Source of the DNA: an uncultured Methanosarcinales archaeon
GTDB lineage: Archaea; Nanobdellota; Nanobdellia; Woesearchaeales; CAYNLP01
Assembly (NCBI GenBank): GCA_964398115.1
Contig: CAYNLP010000003.1
Span: 1-64,000 of the forward strand
DNA length: 64,000 nt
Direction: 5' to 3'
Shown here: positions 37,749 to 46,971 of the stretch, piece by piece
How the letters are laid out: each line of letters begins with the position of its first letter
How positions within the stretch are numbered: the first letter of the stretch is position 1
The notes under the pieces: generated by a model
The model's input: the letters and a program-made list of their open reading frames with translations, nothing else
Told to the model about the DNA's origin: nothing
Databases searched by the model: none
Made by a program: the position numbers and the translations under genes

Positions 37749-37831
37749 GCCCGGGTCGCATAACTCGGCATTGCACCGGCCTGGAAAGCCGGGCCCGTAT
37801 GGGCATCTGGGTTCAAATCCCAGCCCGGGCG
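37749..37831 (+). tRNA. tRNA-Ser(GGA)
   Basis: CCGGC-CT-GGA-AA-GCCGG, long variable arm, G discriminator. Confidence 0.95.
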
Positions 37832-37911
37832 CTTTTCTTTACATGTATAAACACCTTATAGACTAACGTTATAAAGTAAAAACACCATACAACCGTTTGG
37901 GGTGTTGGATA

Positions 37912-38358
37912 ATGACTACCGGAATATCAAGTTTCGACAAAACAGTGCAAAAATCACATATCTGGCTTAACGAAATAATGGAAGAGCTTGGTTGGGATGA
38001 CAAGCAGGACGCGTATCATGCACTAAGAGGAGTTCTTCAAACACTTAGAGATAGGCTTACAGTGGACGAAGCCGTTCAATTAGGAAGTCAACTACCAATG
38101 CTTATCCGAGGGATTTACTACGAAGGTTGGAACCCTACGGACGCACCGAAGAAAATGAATAAAGCCGAATTCAAATTAAATGTTTTGCATGAATTCCGTC
38201 AAAACCTCAGAAGAGGAGAGAATGTTGATGAAGAAGAAGTCATAGCCGCCGTGTTTACAGTTTTAAACCGGCACGTAGACAAAGGAGAGGTAGAAGACGT
38301 TAGGAAAATGCTGCCGAACAGTGTTAGGAAAATGCTGCCTAGAAAAGCAGCTACTTAA
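37912..38358 (+). CDS. DUF2267-family protein
   Basis: FDKTVQKSHIWL...AYHALRGVLQTLRDRL...QLPMLIRGIYYEGW. Confidence 0.85.
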   Translation: MTTGISSFDKTVQKSHIWLNEIMEELGWDDKQDAYHALRGVLQTLRDRLTVDEAVQLGSQLPMLIRGIYYEGWNPTDAPKKMNKAEFKLNVLHEFRQNLRRGENVDEEEVIAAVFTVLNRHVDKGEVEDVRKMLPNSVRKMLPRKAAT

Positions 38359-38552
38359 ACCTTTAATTTCTTTTTCACATTTTCTTTTATCAAATCTTCA
38401 AATCTAGTCATTGGATTAATTAAAACAGCTTCTTCAGCTATCTTACCAAAATCTTCTATAGAAAATTCTCTCTTACAACTACTACAATAGAATTTATCTT
38501 TTCGCAACTTTTCCACATCCGATCCGCAATACATACAATATCTTATTTTCAT
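38355..38552 (-). CDS. Small Zn-ribbon protein (paralogue 2)
   Basis: RYCMYCGS...FYCSSCKREFS. Confidence 0.75.
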   Translation of the reverse strand: MKIRYCMYCGSDVEKLRKDKFYCSSCKREFSIEDFGKIAEEAVLINPMTRFEDLIKENVKKKLKV

Positions 38553-38563
38553 CTCATATCACC

Positions 38564-38752
38564 TTATTGAAAAGCTTGGACATAATCTTCTTCATCACCA
38601 TATCTGTAAGGATTTCTAAATTGAATTTCATCCATTTCTTCTTCATACTCTTTTCTAGAAAACTCTCTTTCACACTCGTAACACTTGAACATATTCTCAG
38701 CTAGGTCTTGGATATCCGTACTTCCACAATAAATGCAGTATCTGACAATCAT
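38564..38752 (-). CDS. Small Zn-ribbon protein (paralogue 1)
   Basis: RYCIYCGS...FKCYECEREFS. Confidence 0.75.
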   Translation of the reverse strand: MIVRYCIYCGSTDIQDLAENMFKCYECEREFSRKEYEEEMDEIQFRNPYRYGDEEDYVQAFQ

Positions 38753-38820
38753 TTACACCAACCCTCTCTTTTCTGTAAGATTTGCAGAAATATATAAGTT
38801 AGCTTTAAAATGTATATACA

Positions 38821-40848
38821 TCAGTTTCTTATTTCGCTTAAAATTTCTTCTTTAAACTCATCTTCTTTCAACGTTTCTATACCTAAATCTTCTGCATCAT
38901 CTAATTTACTGCCAGGATTTTCCCCCACAATTACATAATCAGTTTCTTCACTAACACTTGATGTGACGTCCGCTCCGTGTCGTTCCATAAGTTCAGAAAC
39001 TTCATCTCGCGTGAAGCCCTCCAAACCACCCGTAAATACCAAGGTTAAATTTTTCAATTCCATCCCTCTTTCTACTTGTTCCGGTGAAACTCCTTTGTCA
39101 AGCAAATCTTCTACTAATTCATACCCTGCGCCTTCAAAGAAAGATTCGATGCTTTCTGCAACTTTATCTCCAATCTCTCTAACTTTCATAAAATCAGATT
39201 CAGACGCTTCTCTCAACTCGTCTAAAGTGAAATTTTCTGCCAGTAACCGTGCAGTTTCTTTCCCCACATGTCTAATTCCAAGAGCGTAGATGAAACTCGC
39301 TAGATCAACCTCTTTACTACCCTCAATTTCTTTTATTAATTTCTCCGCAGATTTCTCACCCCACCCCTCTAAATTTTTTAAATCCTCTACTTCAAGTTTA
39401 TACAGGTCAGGTAAAGTTTCAACCAGTTCTTCCTCTATCAATAAATTCGCAACTTTGTCCCCTAAACCTTCAATATTCATAGCTCCTTTTGAAGCGTAGT
39501 GTTGCAATCCTCTTTTGACTTGTCCAGGACAAGAAACACCTCCTGTACAGTAATGATACTTACCTTCTTTCTCCACTTCGCTACCGCAGATAGGACAATT
39601 CTGAGGCATAGCAAAACTTCCCTCGTTATCCAAGACTTCAACCACTTCAGGTATCACATCACCCGCTCGTTGAACTTTTACCTTTGAACCTTTCTTAACA
39701 CCCAACTTTGCCGCCTGACTTTCATTATGCAAAGTAGCTCTGCTAATAGTGACTCCTTTAACATCTACTGGTTCCAGAAGTGCTACAGGAGTTAACTTTC
39801 CTGTTCTCCCCACCTGCACAACGACATCTTGCACGACGGTTTCCCCTGACTTAGGAGGGAACTTATACGCAAAAGCCCATCTTGGATGACGACTAGTAGA
39901 ACCTAACTCTCGTCTCTTCTTAAAATCATTAACTTTGGCTACAACACCATCGATGTCATATTCTAGATTATCTCTTTTCTCCATCAACTCGTTCCGATAT
40001 TTTATGAAAGCTTCAACGCTTTCACACCTCTCCGTAAGGTGGTTAGTTTTCAAACCTAAATCTTTCATTAAATCGGAAGCTTCTTCTTGCGAATTTAACT
40101 TCTTGCTAGAGTCCATAACGTCATAGAAATAAATGTCTAAAGGCCTTTCAGCCACAACCTCGGGGTTTAACTGCCTTACTGTACCTGCAGCAGCGTTTCT
40201 AGGATTTGAAAAAGGTTCTAAACCTTTCTCAACTCTTTCCTTATTCAAATCTTGAAAACCTTTCTTAGGCATGTAAATCTCCCCTCTCAAGCTTAAAAAA
40301 TGAGGAGCGTTGCTTAACTCCAACGGAACAGTTCTAATAGTCCTAACATTTTTTGTAACATTCTCCCCCTCAACGCCATTACCTCTAGTTAAAGCAGATT
40401 GTAACTCACCCTTTTCATAAATTATCTCAATAGAGAAACCATCATATTTCGGCTCTAAAAAATACTCAACATCTTCAATTTTCTTTCTAACCCTCTCATC
40501 AAAACGTCGAACTTCAATTTCATCCTCACTCGCATCCAAACTCAGCATCTCAACAGAATGCTCCCTTGTCTCTAAAGAATCAACAGGTTCACCACCTACT
40601 CTTTGAGTCGGACTGTTCTCATCCAATAAACCAAATTCATCTTCTAAATCCTGCAATCTTTCAAACAACATATCATATTTTTTGTCAGAAATAATAGGAT
40701 CGTTCTCAACATAATACAAGTAATCATGATAATTAATAGCTTCCCGCAACAACTCAACTTCATGCTTAGCCTTTTCTTTACCTAACTCACTTAATTTTTC
40801 AAAATCCAACCTTCCTTTAACAAAAGGATTGTCTTCCGGCTTTTTCAT
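38821..40848 (-). CDS. ligA: NAD+-dependent DNA ligase
   Basis: EPKYDG, TRGNG, NPRNAAAG, AYKF, Zn finger, HhH, BRCT. Confidence 0.97.
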   Translation of the reverse strand: MKKPEDNPFVKGRLDFEKLSELGKEKAKHEVELLREAINYHDYLYYVENDPIISDKKYDMLFERLQDLEDEFGLLDENSPTQRVGGEPVDSLETREHSVEMLSLDASEDEIEVRRFDERVRKKIEDVEYFLEPKYDGFSIEIIYEKGELQSALTRGNGVEGENVTKNVRTIRTVPLELSNAPHFLSLRGEIYMPKKGFQDLNKERVEKGLEPFSNPRNAAAGTVRQLNPEVVAERPLDIYFYDVMDSSKKLNSQEEASDLMKDLGLKTNHLTERCESVEAFIKYRNELMEKRDNLEYDIDGVVAKVNDFKKRRELGSTSRHPRWAFAYKFPPKSGETVVQDVVVQVGRTGKLTPVALLEPVDVKGVTISRATLHNESQAAKLGVKKGSKVKVQRAGDVIPEVVEVLDNEGSFAMPQNCPICGSEVEKEGKYHYCTGGVSCPGQVKRGLQHYASKGAMNIEGLGDKVANLLIEEELVETLPDLYKLEVEDLKNLEGWGEKSAEKLIKEIEGSKEVDLASFIYALGIRHVGKETARLLAENFTLDELREASESDFMKVREIGDKVAESIESFFEGAGYELVEDLLDKGVSPEQVERGMELKNLTLVFTGGLEGFTRDEVSELMERHGADVTSSVSEETDYVIVGENPGSKLDDAEDLGIETLKEDEFKEEILSEIRN

Positions 40849-42527
40849 TTCAAACTCTCTTTCAATTTTTCAAGAGATTTAGTGTTCAAAACATCACTTT
40901 TCTCACACCAACCTTTCCTAGCTTGAGAAACACCATACTTAACATAATTCAATTCGCCAGTACTATGACTATCAGTACTAATCACATACTCAACCCTATC
41001 TTTATACTTTTTAACCAACTCCCATGGGAGATCTAAACGTTCAGGCTGAGAATTAATCTCAATAGCAACATTGTTCTCCGCTGCTTTCTCAACAACCTTA
41101 TCCATATCCAAATTTAAAGGCTGTCGCTGGTTAATCCTCCTATTCAAAGGATGTACAAAAATGTTCACAGGATATTTTTCAAACACATCAATAATTTTCT
41201 CCGTAGCGTTTTCAACACTACCATGTAAAGCGACGCATACAAGGTCAAAAACTTCTAACTCTTCAACAGTCATGTCCAAACCATTTTTTGTAATATTAGC
41301 TTCCACTCCATGTAAGATTTCAACATCAACTTTTTCCTGCGCTTCCTTAATCTCCCTCTTTTGTTCTTCAAACTCTTCTTTACTAAGACCACTCGCAATT
41401 TTCAAAGAAGGACCATGATCTGTAATCAAAATATAATCGTAACCAATCTCTTCAGCTTTTTCAGCCATCTCCAAAGCCGTATTTGAACCATCACTATAGT
41501 TGGTATGCATTTGCAAATCTCCCTTGATATCATCTTCCTCTATCAGGCGAGGAAGCTTACCTTCAACCGCTGCTTCTACTTCTCCAGTATCTTCTCTCAA
41601 CTCAGGAGGAATCCAATCCATACCTAACTTTTTGTAAATTTCTTCTTCACTCTCACCCGCAACCCTCTCTTCATCATCAAACAAACCGTATTCATTCAAC
41701 TTATAACCCTCCTCTATAGCGATATTCCTCACAGAAACGTTATGATCCTTCGAACCAGTAAAGTATTGTAAAGCCGCTCCATAAGACTCTTCTTTAACAA
41801 TTCTCAAATCAATCTGTAAATTTCCAGTTACAACAACGCTTGACTTAGTAGGGCCTTGCTGTAAAACCTCCTTAACATCATTCATATTACAGAATTCTTC
41901 CATAGCCTCACTAGGACTTTTTGAAGTTGCTAAAATATCTAAATCACCAACTGTAGGATTTTTCCGCCTATAACTACCAGCAACTTCAACCTTATTGAAA
42001 TTATGGCTATTCTCTAAATTCACCCTAATACTTTGAGCTATAGTATCTACCTCACCCAATAACATCCTCTCCTGACCTTTCCTAGCCATTTCAATATGGC
42101 TTAAAATCCTCTCCTGACTCTTCTCACCAAAACCATCTACCTCTGCAATCTCTCCTTCTTCACCGGCTTTTTCCAAACTGTCTAAATCGGTTATTTCCAA
42201 AGCATCATAAAGTTTCTTAACACTTTTAGGACCTAAACCTTCTACCGAAGTTAAAGCCTCCATATCCACCGGAACATCCTCTTTCAATTCTTCATAATAT
42301 TCTAACTTACCCGTATCTAAATATTCCCTAATCTTCTTAGCAATACCCTCGCCAACACCATCAATATCTTCCAATTCACCTCGTTCATGAATGTCTTCAA
42401 TAGCTTCTTTCAAACCACTAATACGTCTAGCCGCTTTTCGATAAGCTCTAGGCTTCCACTGAACGTCTTGCAATTCGAGCAAGTCAGCTATTTCGCTCAA
42501 CAACGCAGCCACTTCTTTATTCTTCAT
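40845..42527 (-). CDS. polX: DNA polymerase X with PHP domain
   Basis: AGSYRR...GDLDIL, QIDLR, YFTGSKDHN, HTNYSDG, TDH, TDSH; start probably ATG 42527. Confidence 0.95.
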   Translation of the reverse strand: MKNKEVAALLSEIADLLELQDVQWKPRAYRKAARRISGLKEAIEDIHERGELEDIDGVGEGIAKKIREYLDTGKLEYYEELKEDVPVDMEALTSVEGLGPKSVKKLYDALEITDLDSLEKAGEEGEIAEVDGFGEKSQERILSHIEMARKGQERMLLGEVDTIAQSIRVNLENSHNFNKVEVAGSYRRKNPTVGDLDILATSKSPSEAMEEFCNMNDVKEVLQQGPTKSSVVVTGNLQIDLRIVKEESYGAALQYFTGSKDHNVSVRNIAIEEGYKLNEYGLFDDEERVAGESEEEIYKKLGMDWIPPELREDTGEVEAAVEGKLPRLIEEDDIKGDLQMHTNYSDGSNTALEMAEKAEEIGYDYILITDHGPSLKIASGLSKEEFEEQKREIKEAQEKVDVEILHGVEANITKNGLDMTVEELEVFDLVCVALHGSVENATEKIIDVFEKYPVNIFVHPLNRRINQRQPLNLDMDKVVEKAAENNVAIEINSQPERLDLPWELVKKYKDRVEYVISTDSHSTGELNYVKYGVSQARKGWCEKSDVLNTKSLEKLKESLK

Positions 42528-42607
42528 ACTTTCAAGTAATACCTTTGCCATTAAGTAATTTCTGCATTTTCACAATTTATTTAAACATATCAAACTTCGT
42601 GTAAGAT

Positions 42608-43795
42608 ATGCAAACAGCAAATCAATTAAAGAGGGATGAGTGGGTTTCGGTGTCGAGGACAGATAAAGTTTCTAAACTAATTGGGAAAATGCGTGAAAAA
42701 AATGCTACAGAAGCACTTGTATTGGAACAAGACGAATTCCTAGGAATGGTTTTATCACCCGTTCTGAAACAATCAAGACCTGACATCTCCAGCATGGAAG
42801 TAGACAGTTTAATGAAGAAAGTTCCCAAATTAAATCCTGATACAGAAATTGATGAAATAGCAAGGCTTATGTATAATTCAAACGCTACTGCACTACCAGT
42901 CATAGAAGATGATAAAGTAATGGGAATAGTTCACGTGTTCGACGTTTTCAAAGCCGTAAAAAACATTTCCAAATCTAAAAATAGGAAAGTAAAAGACTTG
43001 AGACATCCAAAACCACACACCGTTCGGTATGACGACAGGTTAGGAAAAGCAATAGAATTAATGGAACAACACAGCATAGACAGGATTCCCGTTGTAGATG
43101 AATCCAAAGACTTAGTAGGATTCCTAAGCTATATGGACATGTTAGAAAATTACTACAGACACCTCATAGACCGGAAAGGAGGGCAAAAACCAACTGGTAA
43201 AACAAAAGGTTTTGATCCAGAAAAAGAAGACTTGATGGCCCTACCCGTTAAAGACTTTATGAACAATAACGAACCACTAACGATTAACGATAATGATACA
43301 CTCAAAGTAGCAGCTACCAAGATGAGCGAAGAAGAAGTACTAAGCTTGATAGTAGTAGAAGGAGGAAGTCCAACCAGGATACTAACTAGAAAAGATATTT
43401 TAGAAGAGGTTATGAAACCAGAATTTGAAGAGCTTCAAAACATCAAATATAAAGGCATCAACGAATTAGACGTGAGCGAAGCCACGCTAGAAAAAGCGAA
43501 AAATATTATTTCACAATACAGCGAAAAAATTGGTTACTTAGTCAAGAATGAATATGAAGTCATAGTTCATTTCAAAGAGTACGAGAAAGGAGGCACAAAG
43601 CAGAAATTCTCCGTTAACGTCCGAGTAAACTTCCCAGGCGGAACTATAGGTTCAGACCGAGGACACGGCTGGGATTTAACCAACGCGTTACACGACGCAT
43701 TCACAGCCATAGAAAACCAGTTGAGAAATAAATGGAGAGATGATAAAAAAGGACGTCCCACCCCTCGAAAAGACCCTGAAAACCAACCCTTCTAG
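42608..43795 (+). CDS. Four CBS domains plus C-terminal HPF/RaiA-like domain (candidate ribosome hibernation factor)
   Basis: Two CBS pairs, then [24 protein letters not shown]...[13 protein letters not shown]...[19 protein letters not shown]. Confidence 0.82.
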   Translation: MQTANQLKRDEWVSVSRTDKVSKLIGKMREKNATEALVLEQDEFLGMVLSPVLKQSRPDISSMEVDSLMKKVPKLNPDTEIDEIARLMYNSNATALPVIEDDKVMGIVHVFDVFKAVKNISKSKNRKVKDLRHPKPHTVRYDDRLGKAIELMEQHSIDRIPVVDESKDLVGFLSYMDMLENYYRHLIDRKGGQKPTGKTKGFDPEKEDLMALPVKDFMNNNEPLTINDNDTLKVAATKMSEEEVLSLIVVEGGSPTRILTRKDILEEVMKPEFEELQNIKYKGINELDVSEATLEKAKNIISQYSEKIGYLVKNEYEVIVHFKEYEKGGTKQKFSVNVRVNFPGGTIGSDRGHGWDLTNALHDAFTAIENQLRNKWRDDKKGRPTPRKDPENQPF

Positions 43796-43798
43796 AAT

Positions 43799-44457
43799 AT
43801 GAGTTTAGAAAAACTGGAACAAGAAACTAAAAAAGCTGACCTGCCTTTGAAAGAATCATCTATCAACTTAGTCTTCGGCAAAGGAAATCCCAACGCAGAC
43901 ATAGTCTTCATAGGAGAAGCTCCGGGAAAGCAAGAAGATATTGAAGGACTTCCTTTCGTTGGTAGAGCAGGAGAGCAACTTGATGAATTTTTAAACACGA
44001 TAAACTTATCACTAGATGACGTTTATATAGCGAATGTGTTGAAATACAGACCTCCTGATAATCGCGATCCTAAAAAAGAAGAGATTAAAAAAGAGAATAA
44101 AGTTGATTAGACTTAAAAATTTACTTATTGAAGGTANNNNNNNNNNTTCTTGTAAAACAATTGTTGGAAATAAAGCCCGAAGTTATAGTCACACTTGGTA
44201 ATTTCTCAACAAAATTCGTGTTAGGAAATTTTGAAGTAGACAATATGAGCAAAGTCCAAGGTATCAGCCAATTACACGGCAAAGTAAAAGAAGTTAGTTT
44301 AGAAGATAACACTTTCCTAGTATTGCCAATGTACCATCCAGCAGCTATGTTATACAATCCAAACCTTGAAAAAGTAATTAAAAAAGATTTTAAGAAATTA
44401 CATAACGTTTTAAACGGAAAATTTGAAAAAAACAGTTCACTAAAAGAATTTGAGTGA
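43799..44457 (+). CDS. Family 4 uracil-DNA glycosylase, interrupted at a scaffold gap
   Basis: [22 protein letters not shown] in the 5' part; VTLGN and YHPAA in the 3' part; N-run near 44138-44147. Confidence 0.88.
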
Positions 44458-45236
44458 TGGAAATACCTCAAATAATAATTGATTTGTTAATCATAGGATT
44501 GATAACATACTTTTTCTTCGGTATCTTCCTCTATGTATCACAGAGGAAAATGCTGTATCATCCTTCAAGTCAAAACTTCGATGATTGCAAAGGTTTTGAA
44601 GACAGTGAGAAAGTAAAGTTAGAAGACACAAGGATGTATTTCAAAAACGTTTCAGACACTTTACTTGTTTATTATCATGGAAATGCAGGAAGTGCTTGTG
44701 ATCGTAGTTTCATAAAAGAGAGGTTTGAAAGTTTAGACCTTTCACACCTTTTTGTCGAATACACTGGATATAGTGATGATGACAAGAAACCTTCTAAAGA
44801 GAGGTTGTTGAAAAATGTAGAAGATGTTAAAGAATTCATTTCCGAAAAAGACTTTGATAATGTTATAGTGGTTGGTTCTAGCCTCGGCACATCCATGGCA
44901 TCATATCATGCAAAAATTTCTCGTGTAGACAAGTTATTACTGATAAGCCCGTATGTAAGCACTGTTGAAGTAGGTAAAGACCTTTACCCGTTATATCCGA
45001 TAGGTTGGCTTTTGAAAGATAATTACAAAAACTTTGAATGGTTACAAGATTATAACAATCCTTTGCTGGTAATACACCCTGGTGAAGATTCAGTCGTCGC
45101 TCCTAAGCACGGAAAGAAGTTGTATGAGAAATTAAACGTGGAAGATAAAGAATTTATTCTTTTGGAAAATGTTGGTCATAATGACGTGTTTTATCATGAA
45201 GAGGCGTGGAGTAATATTAGAGAATTTTTATCTTAA
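44457..45236 (+). CDS. Membrane-anchored alpha/beta hydrolase
   Basis: N-terminal TM, YYHGNAG, GSSLG nucleophile elbow, D and GHND. Confidence 0.9.
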   Translation: MEIPQIIIDLLIIGLITYFFFGIFLYVSQRKMLYHPSSQNFDDCKGFEDSEKVKLEDTRMYFKNVSDTLLVYYHGNAGSACDRSFIKERFESLDLSHLFVEYTGYSDDDKKPSKERLLKNVEDVKEFISEKDFDNVIVVGSSLGTSMASYHAKISRVDKLLLISPYVSTVEVGKDLYPLYPIGWLLKDNYKNFEWLQDYNNPLLVIHPGEDSVVAPKHGKKLYEKLNVEDKEFILLENVGHNDVFYHEEAWSNIREFLS

Positions 45237-45547
45237 ACATCAATCATTTCTATTTCAATGTTGAGACCTTCTGGAATTGGAACCCTCATAACCAAACGCA
45301 GAGCTCTTTCATCCACTCCTAAGTCTATTAAGCGTTTGTGAACTCTCATCTCGTATCTTTCCCAAGTAGCGGTTCCTTCACCGTCTGGGCTTTTACGAGT
45401 GGTTACCTTCAAGTTCTTTGTTGGTAGTGGAATGGGTCCTCGCATGACTACTCCCGTCTTGTCTGCGATTCCTTCTATACTGTCGCAAATCTGATTAATC
45501 TTTTCTATATCCGTACTTGCGAGTTTAATTCTTGCTTTCTGCGCCAT
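45233..45547 (-). CDS. rps10: 30S ribosomal protein uS10
   Basis: [31 protein letters not shown]; start ATG 45547. Confidence 0.97.
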   Translation of the reverse strand: MAQKARIKLASTDIEKINQICDSIEGIADKTGVVMRGPIPLPTKNLKVTTRKSPDGEGTATWERYEMRVHKRLIDLGVDERALRLVMRVPIPEGLNIEIEMIDV

Positions 45548-45587
45548 TGTCTTAATATAAAAAATAGAGGGAAAAAATAATTGGGAT

Positions 45588-46874
45588 TTATTCAAGCGGC
45601 TTTTCGGAAAGTTTTTGACACATTCCTGCAGCCACTGTTTGTCCACTGTCTCTCACTGCAAATCTGGACATGTGCGGGTTTTCGCTTTGTGGTTCGATGA
45701 CCAGTGGTTGTACTGGTTTGACGTTAACGATTGCCGCATCCCCGTTCTTAACAAAGTCTGGGTTTTCTTCCAGTGTTTCTCCAGTTGCAGGGTCGAGTTT
45801 CTTCTCGATGCTTTCAATCCTGCAAGCAACTTGTGCAGTGTGGATGTGGAACACTGGTGTGTATCCCGCTGTAATCACGCTTGGGTGGTTTAGCACGACT
45901 ATTTGTGCTGTGAATTCATCTGCGAGTGTTGGCGGGTTGTCCGTGTGTCCAACAACATCTCCTCTTGCGATGTCTTTCTTTCCGAATCCTCGGATGTTGA
46001 CACCTACGTTGTCACCTGGACCTGCTTGGTCTACTTCTTCGTGGTGCATTTCAATGCTTTTAACCTCTCCTGTTACACCACTGCCTTCTCTTCCAGGAAC
46101 TGCTATTACGTTGTCACCGACGTTCATTTCTCCTGTTTCGATTCTTCCAACAGGTACTGTTCCGATTCCGGTGATATTGTAAACGTCCTGGATAGGCATT
46201 CTGAGTGGTAGGTCAATTGGTTTTTCAGGTTCTTCCAGGTTGTCCAATGCTTCGAGGAGTGTTTCTCCGTCGTACCAATCCATGTTGTCGGATTCTTCTA
46301 CGACGTTGTCTCCTTCTAGTGAAGCTGTTGGGACAAACTTGACGTCTGCTTTGAAGCCAACGCTTTTTAGGAGTTGTTTGACTTCGTCTTTCACGTCTTC
46401 GTAAGTGCTTTCTTTGTAGTCAACCATGTCCATTTTTGTGACGTTAACAATTAGTTCTTCAACGCCCAGTGTTTTGGACAAGAAGACGTGTTCTTTCGTC
46501 TGTGCCATTACGCCGTCGTTTGCGGCTACGCACAAGACTGCAGCGTCTGCTTGACTTGCTCCTGTGATCATGTTCTTTACAAAGTCTCTGTGTCCAGGAG
46601 CGTCGATAATTGTGAAGTTGTAACTATCGGTTTCGAACTTCTTGTGTGCGAGGTCGATTGTAACTCCTCGTTCTTGTTCTTCTTTCAAATTGTCCATTAC
46701 GAACGCGAATTCGAAACCAGATTTTCCTAGGTCATCTGCTTTTTGCTTTAGTTTCCTTAATGTTTGATCGTCAATGTTTTTCGTGTCGAACAATAGTCTT
46801 CCGACTGTCGTAGACTTTCCGTGGTCTACGTGTCCGATGAAAACAAGGTTCATGTGGGGTTTATCGTCAGCCAT
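45588..46874 (-). CDS. tuf: Elongation factor 1-alpha
   Basis: [27 protein letters not shown]. Confidence 0.98.
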   Translation of the reverse strand: MADDKPHMNLVFIGHVDHGKSTTVGRLLFDTKNIDDQTLRKLKQKADDLGKSGFEFAFVMDNLKEEQERGVTIDLAHKKFETDSYNFTIIDAPGHRDFVKNMITGASQADAAVLCVAANDGVMAQTKEHVFLSKTLGVEELIVNVTKMDMVDYKESTYEDVKDEVKQLLKSVGFKADVKFVPTASLEGDNVVEESDNMDWYDGETLLEALDNLEEPEKPIDLPLRMPIQDVYNITGIGTVPVGRIETGEMNVGDNVIAVPGREGSGVTGEVKSIEMHHEEVDQAGPGDNVGVNIRGFGKKDIARGDVVGHTDNPPTLADEFTAQIVVLNHPSVITAGYTPVFHIHTAQVACRIESIEKKLDPATGETLEENPDFVKNGDAAIVNVKPVQPLVIEPQSENPHMSRFAVRDSGQTVAAGMCQKLSEKPLE

Positions 46875-46971
46875 ATTTTTTCCCTCCGTTTTTTTATCTG
46901 AATTTTGTGATTATTTCTACTGTCCTGAAATTCTGCCGTATTTATAAAGGTTTCGTATGTTAGAAAGGTTT

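Noticed and set aside
38299..38339. Perfect 17-nt direct repeat GTTAGGAAAATGCTGCC with 24-nt period
   Set aside because: In-frame VRKMLP duplication within DUF2267; only two copies and a 7-nt spacer, so not CRISPR
43799..44457. udg as a true pseudogene or split gene
   Set aside because: The break coincides with an N-gap and both halves keep their motifs, so it cannot be called from this assembly
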